Shown here one piece after another: positions 38,639-48,175 of a stretch of 57,236 nt of DNA. Both the position numbers and the translations under genes were made by a program. Position 1 is the first letter of the stretch. Each line of letters starts with the position of its first letter. The notes under the pieces were generated by a model. It did not search any database and was not told where the DNA came from. It saw only the letters and a list, made by a program, of their open reading frames with translations. The stretch is from Bacteroidia bacterium (lineage in GTDB: Bacteria > Bacteroidota > Bacteroidia > AKYH767-A > OLB10): contig JBBQVM010000001.1 of the NCBI GenBank assembly GCA_038211525.1, forward strand, positions 1 through 57,236, read 5' to 3'.

Positions 38639-40243
38639 TCAACGAAACCATTCTATTTCTACTTCCCAATTGGCTCGTACCGTTATGGTTTCCTTATTAT
38701 ATTGAACCGGCTCCGGCTGCAATTTATTTCGAAAATCTCCCATGTCCCACTTACCATTATTATTAACGTCATCAATAATTCTTAATTTATAAACGCCGGG
38801 ATCTACTTGTTCGAAAACACCATTAGACTTACCATCATTTAATCGTTGCCGCAGTACTTCATCCTTATCATTCACCAATTGTAAAATGAAATTTCCTTTT
38901 TCGTAAGTATTCAGTTTGTAAGAAATACTTCCCACAGTTCTTTCATCCGGAACAGAAAATGGAATTCTGATGGTATCATTCACGCGACCATACATATCGG
39001 TAATAGCATTTGGTAAAACGGTTAAGAGGTATTTACCTGTTGAATAGTTTCCTTCAGCCACCTGGTTCGTTTGCAGTGAATCGGTAAAATAAACTTTCAC
39101 AGGAAAAAATAGCGAATCGCGTGTTACCATAAAAAGTGAGGTATCGTAACTAACAATTGGCGCTGACCACTTAAGAACCGGATTTGTTTCTGCCTTTAAG
39201 GTACTTCCTGCAGTTGGATAGGCAATGTAGGAGATAGGTCTAATTTTTTCATTCGCTTTAATGATAATTGAATGTGATTTTTTATAAAATATAGTATCAA
39301 AAGGAACCTTGTTTTCATACCATACAATTTTTAGCGAATCAACATTGGGTGGCAGACAATAAAATGTTATGGTATCTTTTTCAGCAGCGTATTCCGTTTT
39401 CACACTGGCGGGAACGTTAGTTAAAAATCGGTAATCAGGGTTTTGAAGTGGGCGAGCAAAAACTGTAATAAATTTAGCGGGCTCTTCCGCCATATTACTT
39501 TTAACAGCTTGTTTCACCAGCGGCTGTTTGGAAACAGCAATTTGAAAGTTAAGAGAATCTTTCAAATCAACCGGGTCTTGTACAAATCCAACACTTTCAT
39601 CTTTAAGATCAAAAATAAAATTTAAATTTTTATCGGTTAAAGCGAAGACACGGTAATTTCCTGCTCTAACATTCCTAATTACGAAGCTACCATCATCAGT
39701 ACTTCGTGCAAAATAATCAGGAACCACTTTCATTAAAACGGAATCGGGAACCGAAGAATAGTACAACATGGCAATGGCATCTTTTTCGGGTTTACGCGTT
39801 TCAGCATTCACTATAATCCCGCTCACTGTTAAAGAATCAATAAGTGGTCCCGTTGAAAACACATATCTGAATCCGGGAAGTATGTTTCCTTCGTTATTAT
39901 CGACTATGGCATTGCCAAAACTAATTGTATAAGTAGTGTTGGGCGCAAGTGAATCGGGCAATTCAATAACAATACTTTTTTTACGGATATTAATTTGAGG
40001 AGCAGGAGAGATGACAGGGGAAATAATAAGTTGTTTAGCGATTTCTTTAAATTGCACATATTCATCAAAAGTAATTACAATATTTCCGGAAGTAATGTTT
40101 GTTGTTTCTTGCGGTGGTTCAACCGACAATACAACGGGAGGAAGAATATCTTTTGGTCCTCCAAGTGGGATCACTTTATTGGCACAACCTGAGATGAGCA
40201 GTGAAGCGAAAAAAATAAAAATTAAATTCCTAACAGCTTTCAA
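38639..40243 (-). CDS. Ig-like domain lipoprotein
   Basis: Lipobox LISGC; N-terminal GGPKDILPPVVLSVEPP Ig-like (SbsA/Big_5 type) region. Confidence 0.65.
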   Translation of the reverse strand: MKAVRNLIFIFFASLLISGCANKVIPLGGPKDILPPVVLSVEPPQETTNITSGNIVITFDEYVQFKEIAKQLIISPVISPAPQINIRKKSIVIELPDSLAPNTTYTISFGNAIVDNNEGNILPGFRYVFSTGPLIDSLTVSGIIVNAETRKPEKDAIAMLYYSSVPDSVLMKVVPDYFARSTDDGSFVIRNVRAGNYRVFALTDKNLNFIFDLKDESVGFVQDPVDLKDSLNFQIAVSKQPLVKQAVKSNMAEEPAKFITVFARPLQNPDYRFLTNVPASVKTEYAAEKDTITFYCLPPNVDSLKIVWYENKVPFDTIFYKKSHSIIIKANEKIRPISYIAYPTAGSTLKAETNPVLKWSAPIVSYDTSLFMVTRDSLFFPVKVYFTDSLQTNQVAEGNYSTGKYLLTVLPNAITDMYGRVNDTIRIPFSVPDERTVGSISYKLNTYEKGNFILQLVNDKDEVLRQRLNDGKSNGVFEQVDPGVYKLRIIDDVNNNGKWDMGDFRNKLQPEPVQYNKETITVRANWEVEIEWFR

Positions 40244-40722
40244 AGTTGCTCCATGATTTTAACTATGTCACCAAGATATTCAACATCCACTTCATCAAAA
40301 AAAGCGAGTTGATCACTGTCGACATCAAAGATAAACTGAACCTCCTTATTTTTATAGACGGGCAATACAATTTCCGATTTCGATAATGAACTGCAGGCAA
40401 TATGACCGGGAAAAGCATCTACATCATCAACCACAATCACTCTTTTTTCATTCCATGCAGTTCCGCAAACACCTTTACCTTTAAAGATTCGGGTACATGC
40501 AACAGGTCCCTGAAAGGGTCCTAAAACAAGTTCATTACCAACAACGCGGTAAATTCCAACCCATAAAAAGTTCATAGATTCCTTGAGTGCGGCCATTAAA
40601 TTAGCCACATTAGCAATAAAATCGGGCTCCCCCTGAACGAGTGCTTTCAATTGGGGAAGGAGCGCGCGATAACGGTCTTCTTTTTCCGTCAATGAAGCAG
40701 GTATGTGAATATTTTCGGTCAT
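40240..40722 (-). CDS. GAF domain protein (free methionine-R-sulfoxide reductase-like)
   Basis: Resembles the YebR/MsrC family (WVGIYRV...L.LGPFQG..ACTRI..GKGVCG). Start set at the ATG at 40722; the tracked start is a TTG. Confidence 0.8.
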   Translation of the reverse strand: MTENIHIPASLTEKEDRYRALLPQLKALVQGEPDFIANVANLMAALKESMNFLWVGIYRVVGNELVLGPFQGPVACTRIFKGKGVCGTAWNEKRVIVVDDVDAFPGHIACSSLSKSEIVLPVYKNKEVQFIFDVDSDQLAFFDEVDVEYLGDIVKIMEQL

Positions 40723-40751
40723 AATAATAGGATCGGACAAAAATACATTTT

Positions 40752-41444
40752 TTATAGCCTTGCGTAAGCAATTGTAGCAATACTCACCTTCGCTCCCGGT
40801 ATTTCGAGTAGTGTTTCAGCGCAGGAGGTTAATGTTGAACCGGTAGTGATTACATCATCCACCAAAAGAAAATGATGAGGATGAGCCGGGTAATCAGGGT
40901 TAAGTACAAAAACCTTATCCACATTTTCGAACCTCGAGAAGCGGTTCTTCCTGGTTTGAGTTGCGGTTGCCTTCCGGCGAATTAAAAAATTGGCACAAGC
41001 TATAGTTTTCATGGATTCGGCTAAACCGGCTGCAAGAAAGTCGCTTTGATTAAATCCTCTGATTCTTAACTTACTGGAATGTAATGGAACAGGGACAATC
41101 ATATCTACGGTGGAGAAACTATCCGAAGATTTAAGATCTTGCCCAAGTATCCTTCCCGCCATGGCGCCTACCTCCTTTTCGCCCTTGTATTTAAGGCGGT
41201 GAATAAGGTGTTGCACCCGTTCCCCTTTATTAAAATAGTACAAGGCTGTTGCTGAATGAACAGGTACTTTCCCCCAGAATTGCTTTTCGACCGGATTCCC
41301 CGGCTGGAGGTGAAAATTAGTTTTTGGCAGATGATAATGGCATTGGGTACAAAGGGTTAATTCGCCTCGAAACAATGCATTATTACAAGCGGCGCATACT
41401 TCAGGAAAGAAGAGATTGATTAAATCGGAAATCCAGGAAACCAT
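40752..41444 (-). CDS. comF: ComF family phosphoribosyltransferase-domain protein
   Basis: N-terminal CxxC...CxxC zinc finger; C-terminal PRTase motif LLVDDVITTGSTL. Confidence 0.85.
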   Translation of the reverse strand: MVSWISDLINLFFPEVCAACNNALFRGELTLCTQCHYHLPKTNFHLQPGNPVEKQFWGKVPVHSATALYYFNKGERVQHLIHRLKYKGEKEVGAMAGRILGQDLKSSDSFSTVDMIVPVPLHSSKLRIRGFNQSDFLAAGLAESMKTIACANFLIRRKATATQTRKNRFSRFENVDKVFVLNPDYPAHPHHFLLVDDVITTGSTLTSCAETLLEIPGAKVSIATIAYARL

Positions 41445-41618
41445 GAAAAATCATTTTAGGTGAATAAAAAGTTTAAAAAGATAGGTAAAAGTAGTGATTT
41501 AGGCCTAAAATAGGGCTGATGAATAAAAAGGAATTGACTGGCGTACTTTAAAATGTTAACTTCGTAGCCTGTTTCAAAAAAAGTAAAACTACCCACACAG
41601 AAGATCTCTTGCCCCCCT

Positions 41619-42554
41619 ATGGAAGATAACTCAATGCAAACCAATGAATTCGACAAGAAAGAACAAGACTCTAAAAAGGTTATTGTTATAGTTGTTATAT
41701 CTATTTTGCTTGGTGTAAACGGGTTGCTTTTATGGCAATTCTTTGATAAAAAGACGCATCTGGAGGAGGTGAACATGACCCTGGAAAGTACGCTTTCGGA
41801 GAAGGAATCGCTTTCGGCGGAACTGCAAAGAATGAAAGTGGAGTATGAGAAAATAAATCAAGAGAACTCATCATTACAAACTCAGTTGTCGGGGAAAGAT
41901 GAGGAGATTAAATCTAAGATTGCCGAAATTCAGAAGTTAATTAATAGCGGCGATGCTGCACAATTGCGCAGGGCAAAAACAGAATTAGCTTCTTTAAAAT
42001 TAATGAATCAAAATTATATTGCGCAAATAGATTCTTTAAGAATTGTGAATGAGGAGTTGAATGCACAGAATAGTAATTTGAATACGAGTCTTGTTTCTGA
42101 ACGAGGGAAGGTTCAGAATCTGACACAAGAGAATACTATGCTCGCCAATAAAGTTGCAATTGGTTCCATTTTAAAAACTACTGATGTAAAAGCAACAGGG
42201 GTTAAATATCGCTCCAGCGGAAAAGAATCAGAAACAACGCGAGCGTCATCGGTTGATAAAATAAGAACCTGTTTTACTGTTTTGGAAAACCTCATTGTTG
42301 ATAGAGGAACGAAGGACGCATACCTGCGAGTGCTCAGTCCGGACGGAGCAGTAATGTCGACCAGTTCGGAAACATTTTTTTACAACAACCAGGCTACACT
42401 TTACACCACGAAAGAATCGTTTGAGTACGATAATAAAGAGACTGAACTTTGTTTGTACTGGACGAAAGGATCGCAATATACCAAAGGAAAATACACCATT
42501 GAAGTTTATGTTGATGGCAGTTTAATTGGCTCTACGGGATTAACATTGAAGTAA
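41619..42554 (+). CDS. Membrane-anchored coiled-coil protein with a C-terminal beta-rich domain (hypothetical)
   Basis: One N-terminal TM helix, about 130 aa of heptad-like Q/E/L/N-rich sequence, and a beta-rich C-terminus. Confidence 0.6.
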   Translation: MEDNSMQTNEFDKKEQDSKKVIVIVVISILLGVNGLLLWQFFDKKTHLEEVNMTLESTLSEKESLSAELQRMKVEYEKINQENSSLQTQLSGKDEEIKSKIAEIQKLINSGDAAQLRRAKTELASLKLMNQNYIAQIDSLRIVNEELNAQNSNLNTSLVSERGKVQNLTQENTMLANKVAIGSILKTTDVKATGVKYRSSGKESETTRASSVDKIRTCFTVLENLIVDRGTKDAYLRVLSPDGAVMSTSSETFFYNNQATLYTTKESFEYDNKETELCLYWTKGSQYTKGKYTIEVYVDGSLIGSTGLTLK

Positions 42555-42560
42555 TTTATT

Positions 42561-45500
42561 TTAGAAAAATGCCCGGGCTTGCACGCCTCCGGTATGGATT
42601 ACTTTAGTTCCGGTTGGTTTTCTACCCTCATAATTCAGGTTGACCTGAATGCTATTCGATAATGTTTTTTGCAACGACAGTCCCCAGGTATAATTTCGTC
42701 CGGGCTTTAACCCTTCCAACATTTCATAGGCGATAGCGGTATTTTCGGAGGCATTATAAGCAATTTGAATCAGGTTAAACTTAGCAGTAAATACGCCCTG
42801 TTTTACACTACTATATTTTAACTCAACACCAAAAGTATTTTGTTCCGTTTTTTCATTTTGTTCACTAAGAATATTGGTTTTAATCACATATTTATAAATG
42901 AAGGTGCTGCGAAAGGAGATCCCGGGTTGAATGCTAAACTTGGGTTCAACCGAATTAAATTGAATTTTATAATCACGAGATGAAGAAAATTCAGAGCGAT
43001 TCGATTTAAATCCATTTTCGCTATTTGCCGTGATGCTATATACCCTTGTAATGTTCCAGCGTATATTATTTACCAAGCTTTGAAGAATTCTACTTTCAAA
43101 TCCATTAGTTAGAATTGCTTTGTTGCGATTATCTTGCCAGGTAACATCTAAACCAAAGACGGTACTGCTGCGATTAAATGAAAGTGTATTTCGGAATGCA
43201 GCATTGGTAGTAATCAAAATACTATCAGCAATATTATTTTGAAAAGGATTAAGTGCTTTTAAAAGATCTTTTTCCAATAATTTATTATCCACTCGATAGG
43301 AAGTTTGGTTGGAGAATTTACCAATCATTTTTTGCCATCCTTCTTGTTTCTGAAAATAGGCAGCAGGATTAATGGTAAGCACTTGGTTAAACTGATTGGT
43401 TCTAGTTTTCACATATTCATTGGTTGGCAAAAAGATTTTAATAAAATTAGCCTGATCCTGAAAAGCGGCAATTTCAAATTCATCAATATCTTTCACTCCA
43501 TTGCCATTATAATCGCCGGCGTAGGTGTACACACCTGTTCCGGGTGCAACTTCCAAAAATGCATATTCCCGTTTAAGTTCTTGCCCGGTGCCAGCTTCAT
43601 AAAAAGTATTAGATGAAATAAATCCCTTTAGAATTACGGCGGTATATTCTATTCTATTCAATAGGGACTCTTCGGGTTTTTGTGAAGATAAAACGGTGTC
43701 GGCAATTACCAAATTTCTATAATTTGCAGAAAGTGACAATCGGCTTTTTGGATTTCCCAAAAAATCAATTCTTCCTGAAGCCTCATCGGCAGCGGTAGTT
43801 TTTCTGAAGTAATTGTAAGTGGCAAGGTAATCAAAGCGGCGCGATACATCAAACCTGAATCTTATTTTAGAGGTATCCGACGAGGTTACATAAAATTTCC
43901 CGGCATCAAAGGAATAACTATTTGGCGAAAGTGAATCTGTTAATGCATTTATAAAACGGTTTCGTTCCTGATCATAATGAGCTCCTAGAATAAAATTACC
44001 GAGAGGACGGGACAGATCTGAAGAGGAGCGTAAAAAATTGGTTCTTACTGTTGGTCCGGTACTATATAAATAACTACCATCAACCGCCACCACAAATTTA
44101 TGAACCACCACTCTTGAATTCAACGCATTCATGATACCCGTATAATCGTTTCCTTTCAGAAATGTTTTGAACTGATAACCTATTTTTTGTCCCGGTTTTA
44201 AAAAAGCGAGTGCAAGGCCGGCAGCATTTTCATCAGAAGGTGTTAAATTCTGACTAAGATTCCAATCCCGGCTAAATTCAGTGGTCCAATAATTTTCAAT
44301 AGGTCTAAATTGCTTATCTACATGTTCTAATCGCAAGGTTGATGTTAACCTCCAGCCATTTAAAGAATCGCGTGAGATTTTATATTTTTTTTCTATTCCT
44401 CCTGCCAGGGCATAGCCGGGGTCGTTAGCCTTATCTTTTTTAGAAAAAAGATTGACATCGTATTTGGAATAGGCTGCTTCAAAAAACACTTTTCCGGTTT
44501 CCGACAATTTATATTCGGCACCCAGGGTATAGAGTTGTTGCTTTTTAGGTGTTACCAGTAGTACAACGGGTTCATAGGATCCTTGCGGGATGCCATTGAT
44601 AGGCAGCACCCATTGAAACACACGCCCATTAGCACTTGCAGCTACCGGTACATAATTCCCCTTATTAACTCCCACAAAACTAAAACCAAGACGGTAAAAA
44701 GCGACAGTTGAATCGGTTGAATAAATGTAAATTGGAAAACCTACAGAATCCATTTTTGCATACAAAACTTCAGTAGAATTAAACGCAACACTATCGATGT
44801 TGGGATAAAGAGCATTTTGCAAACTATCACCTACAGATGCGAGCAGAATTTTTTGAGATTCATTCAGGTCCTGCAGGAGTGGTTGATTTTTTGCATCCTG
44901 TTCAGAAAAAATATTAAGTTTCACTTTTAACCGCGGGTCTTCATATTCTTGGTTAAGATAGAGGAAGGTACGACTGTAATTTTTATCGGAATACTGAAAT
45001 TCAACAACGATACGTTTATCTTTAGTGATTGGTCGTTTGGTAGTGAATTTTACTTCAGCGGTATTGTAATCGATGGTATAATCAAATTGTTCGCCACGCG
45101 TCATAGGCATTCCATCGATATACACTTTTTCCGTTCCCGAAAGAACAACAATAAAGGATTCATTTTCGGAGCCGATAAGCTTATAGGGACCTTGATTTGC
45201 TTCGAGACCATCGAAAACATTGCGGGCATATTTTCCTTTTGAGATGGCGCCACTCACAGTAGTTCGCATCACCTGATCTTTACGTGTTCCAGGAAGGTAT
45301 TCCGTGGAAAAAACTCCTCCTTGGCCTTTCTTAAAAAAATTCATGAAATAACTTTCTGGTCGTTTCAATTCGAAATCACCTACGAGTAATTTATTTTTAT
45401 TTTTCGATAGTTGAATAAATACTTTGTCGAAATCCTGAATTTGTTGGGTATTACCTTCCGGTTGCACCGGGATATTATTATCAGTAATAGCTGCAAGAAT

Positions 45501-46037
45501 TTCAACATCATCATTCAATTTACCGGAGAGCTGCAAATTAAAACTGGAGTTCACTACTACATCCTGATTATTTCCAAAACTTACTCCACGAGAAATATTT
45601 CCGTTACGTTGTAATCCCTCCAACTTAAAAATATTATTATCGCCATCCTGATCTTCATAAGAAAATGGGTTGTACAATCCGGAATAAGTCTTTTCAATAA
45701 CACCTCTATCGCGTTTACGATATGTTTTAGAAAGTAAAAGAGGAAACACTTTGTAGACCATTATCAGCGAATCGGGTAAGGGCGGATTTTGAGTATGCAA
45801 AATAATCAACCGACCTGCTGCTTCATTCACCAACAGTGATTGATTAATAGGGAAAGGCGAGCCTGAAGGCAGAAAAAAAGAGACGGAGCCGGGAATAAGG
45901 CTCAGGGTATCCACCTGAATGGTATCGTTAGCAGTTGAAATTAACCTTTGACGGGCATTACCTTCTACTTGCGCCCATGCCGGGAGGGCGATGAAAACAG
46001 CAAAAACGAGGGACAGTATGTAAGTTTTGAGAATCAA
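42561..46037 (-). CDS. Large (1158 aa) secreted protein, probable outer-membrane beta-barrel; function unknown
   Basis: Signal peptide ending AWAQ; pervasive alternating hydrophobic/polar beta-strand pattern; C-terminal ...RAFF aromatic residue. The only in-frame start is a TTG at 46037. Confidence 0.7.
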   Translation of the reverse strand: MILKTYILSLVFAVFIALPAWAQVEGNARQRLISTANDTIQVDTLSLIPGSVSFFLPSGSPFPINQSLLVNEAAGRLIILHTQNPPLPDSLIMVYKVFPLLLSKTYRKRDRGVIEKTYSGLYNPFSYEDQDGDNNIFKLEGLQRNGNISRGVSFGNNQDVVVNSSFNLQLSGKLNDDVEILAAITDNNIPVQPEGNTQQIQDFDKVFIQLSKNKNKLLVGDFELKRPESYFMNFFKKGQGGVFSTEYLPGTRKDQVMRTTVSGAISKGKYARNVFDGLEANQGPYKLIGSENESFIVVLSGTEKVYIDGMPMTRGEQFDYTIDYNTAEVKFTTKRPITKDKRIVVEFQYSDKNYSRTFLYLNQEYEDPRLKVKLNIFSEQDAKNQPLLQDLNESQKILLASVGDSLQNALYPNIDSVAFNSTEVLYAKMDSVGFPIYIYSTDSTVAFYRLGFSFVGVNKGNYVPVAASANGRVFQWVLPINGIPQGSYEPVVLLVTPKKQQLYTLGAEYKLSETGKVFFEAAYSKYDVNLFSKKDKANDPGYALAGGIEKKYKISRDSLNGWRLTSTLRLEHVDKQFRPIENYWTTEFSRDWNLSQNLTPSDENAAGLALAFLKPGQKIGYQFKTFLKGNDYTGIMNALNSRVVVHKFVVAVDGSYLYSTGPTVRTNFLRSSSDLSRPLGNFILGAHYDQERNRFINALTDSLSPNSYSFDAGKFYVTSSDTSKIRFRFDVSRRFDYLATYNYFRKTTAADEASGRIDFLGNPKSRLSLSANYRNLVIADTVLSSQKPEESLLNRIEYTAVILKGFISSNTFYEAGTGQELKREYAFLEVAPGTGVYTYAGDYNGNGVKDIDEFEIAAFQDQANFIKIFLPTNEYVKTRTNQFNQVLTINPAAYFQKQEGWQKMIGKFSNQTSYRVDNKLLEKDLLKALNPFQNNIADSILITTNAAFRNTLSFNRSSTVFGLDVTWQDNRNKAILTNGFESRILQSLVNNIRWNITRVYSITANSENGFKSNRSEFSSSRDYKIQFNSVEPKFSIQPGISFRSTFIYKYVIKTNILSEQNEKTEQNTFGVELKYSSVKQGVFTAKFNLIQIAYNASENTAIAYEMLEGLKPGRNYTWGLSLQKTLSNSIQVNLNYEGRKPTGTKVIHTGGVQARAFF

Positions 46038-46183
46038 ACCGGAAAGTAAACTTTTTGCAACGAATATATAACCCTTTCAGGTGCCCGAAATTATTTAAAG
46101 GATGTGAAAATAAGGAAAAAGAAGGATTTGAAAGGACTAAAGTGGGTCCAATGCTAAAAAGCATCACCGAAAGGTTAACGTTT

Positions 46184-46906
46184 TTAATTAGAACTTTGCG
46201 AAGCCACGTATTTTACTAAAGTACGTTTAGCCAGTGGCAGAAGGGTTTCCTGTAAAGGAACTTGCAAATCGGATTCAATAATATAAGTGGCAGGATTGGG
46301 CAATTTGCGATGATAACGAATAAGCTCTAACTTAATATTTTCGAAAGTGTTGTGAATAGATTGGGAATACGAGCAGAGATATTGGGTAGAGATTCCACGG
46401 TATTTTTCACCCGGGCTTTCAAAAATCGTAATCTGGTATTCGTAAACAAGGGTATTCCCTTCGGGAGCGTATTTGAGTAATAGGTATCCCTCATCAGCAT
46501 GCAAAGGGAGAATACCTACCGGAGCGATACTCATTTTTGATTCGATAAAATCGTAGATAGCACGGCCTTCAGCAATATATTTCTCAAATTGCGGGATAGA
46601 AAATTCCAGAATACTTTCAATTTCCTGCATGACCTGGTCGTCACTAAGCATTTTTTGGTAGATCATTTTAAATCCAGACAAATCGGCACCGGTGAGACGT
46701 TCGGGAAAACTCTCGTAAAGGTTCTTTTTATTATCTCTCAACGCCACTACATTTCGATAATGGCTCACTAATTCGCCAAGAGAGGGATAGAGTTTAGATT
46801 CGGTAAAGTTTTCACTTACTTTTTGGAGATAGCCTAACAAAAGGTACTTTTTGTATTCAAAATCAATATGTTTCTCGGTTATCCAATTGACACTCAGAAG
46901 ATTCAT
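46184..46906 (-). CDS. Conserved-looking hypothetical cytoplasmic protein (240 aa)
   Basis: Clean ORF with ATG start; no recognisable motif. Confidence 0.6.
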   Translation of the reverse strand: MNLLSVNWITEKHIDFEYKKYLLLGYLQKVSENFTESKLYPSLGELVSHYRNVVALRDNKKNLYESFPERLTGADLSGFKMIYQKMLSDDQVMQEIESILEFSIPQFEKYIAEGRAIYDFIESKMSIAPVGILPLHADEGYLLLKYAPEGNTLVYEYQITIFESPGEKYRGISTQYLCSYSQSIHNTFENIKLELIRYHRKLPNPATYIIESDLQVPLQETLLPLAKRTLVKYVASQSSN

Positions 46907-47068
46907 AGACTATGGAATTAAGGTGCGACGACTACTAAATTCAAACCTCTTTAACGTTAAAAAACCCAATTTCGTTTCCAAAAGGGATGAATTTTGAATT
47001 TAACCATAAATATACTGAATCTTATTTCATAAATGCATAAAAATGCACTCCAAATTACTCCCGGCAAT

Positions 47069-48169
47069 TCATTTATATTTAAGAAGCTTTTTAAGGTTAT
47101 CAGCTAATATTCCAGTATAAACTTTAGCACCTTTTTCATTTAGGTGGGTCTCATCAAAAGAGTTAGCTGCCAAATACAACTCAGGGTACTTTCTGGAATC
47201 CGACATTTCAATTCGGTGATCGGGATAGATGTGGTAGAAGAGCGGAATAATTTCGGTGTACTGATTACCATCGACGCGAGGTGACATTATGAAAATCAGG
47301 TAGATTCCTTTTGATTTAGCATCATCAATCATTTTATTCAAATAGGATGCATAATATTTGTTGTATTTATTCAGCAACTCAGGATTTTTTTCAAACCTTG
47401 TAAATTGCTTTTCACTAATTTTTTTTCGTTTAGTAACAACGGAAGTATCACTTAAAAATTTGCGATTTCTTTGGGGTGCATTTTCTTCAGGATCGGGATT
47501 TTGAAATGTCGGTTCGGCAATCAAGGTAACGAATCCACTTTTTAATGGCCCCAAATCGGGCAAAGAAGTATATTTATAGATATTGGCGTTAAAATTAAAC
47601 GCCTCCGTTACGTATCCAAGATTAATTAATTTGTCGATATAACTCATAAAATGACCAAGAAAAACGGCAATTTTTTCATGAATGGCAAAGTTAGATCCCG
47701 CAATAGCGGCAGTAGCAAATTTAAAATAGTTAAAGGTATTCCAGTATTTTAATCTTGTAGTATGCAAATTTTCATAATCGGTGGAACGTATTTTAGAGAG
47801 TTCCATAATAACGTACTTCATTTTTGGTTGCTCTTGCTGAACCACATGATCATAAACATAAAATGATTCAGGCGCGAAAAGCCAGTTAGTTCCAAAATTA
47901 AATGATTTGATTCCGGATTCATTACCCATTAGAGAATCGAGCAAGACGGGATCAATTTGCCGATATACCCGACTCGATCCAATGATCACATTATTATAAA
48001 GGGAACCGGTTTGTTGAAGTCTAATTTTCTTTTGATCAATAACTTCAGATCCCCACGACCAGGGCGTTAAATGCAAGGTGGGGTAAATGGCAAAATGAAG
48101 TATCAGGCTCAGGCAGAATACTAATGCTGTGATACAAGTTGCTCTGATAATAAATTTTTTTATTTCCAT
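47069..48169 (-). CDS. Membrane-anchored DltD/AlgX-like SGNH-fold protein, partner of the MBOAT acyltransferase
   Basis: N-terminal TM anchor; IIGSSRVY (candidate nucleophile Ser) and C-terminal FDETHLN (DxxH). The start lies 6 nt after the MBOAT stop. Confidence 0.6.
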   Translation of the reverse strand: MEIKKFIIRATCITALVFCLSLILHFAIYPTLHLTPWSWGSEVIDQKKIRLQQTGSLYNNVIIGSSRVYRQIDPVLLDSLMGNESGIKSFNFGTNWLFAPESFYVYDHVVQQEQPKMKYVIMELSKIRSTDYENLHTTRLKYWNTFNYFKFATAAIAGSNFAIHEKIAVFLGHFMSYIDKLINLGYVTEAFNFNANIYKYTSLPDLGPLKSGFVTLIAEPTFQNPDPEENAPQRNRKFLSDTSVVTKRKKISEKQFTRFEKNPELLNKYNKYYASYLNKMIDDAKSKGIYLIFIMSPRVDGNQYTEIIPLFYHIYPDHRIEMSDSRKYPELYLAANSFDETHLNEKGAKVYTGILADNLKKLLKYK

Positions 48170-48175
48170 TTATAT

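Noticed and set aside
41456-41776. 106-aa - strand ORF spanning the comF / coiled-coil divergent region
   Set aside because: It overlaps the well-supported + strand gene start and the divergent promoter region. Its sequence is low-complexity and has no motif.
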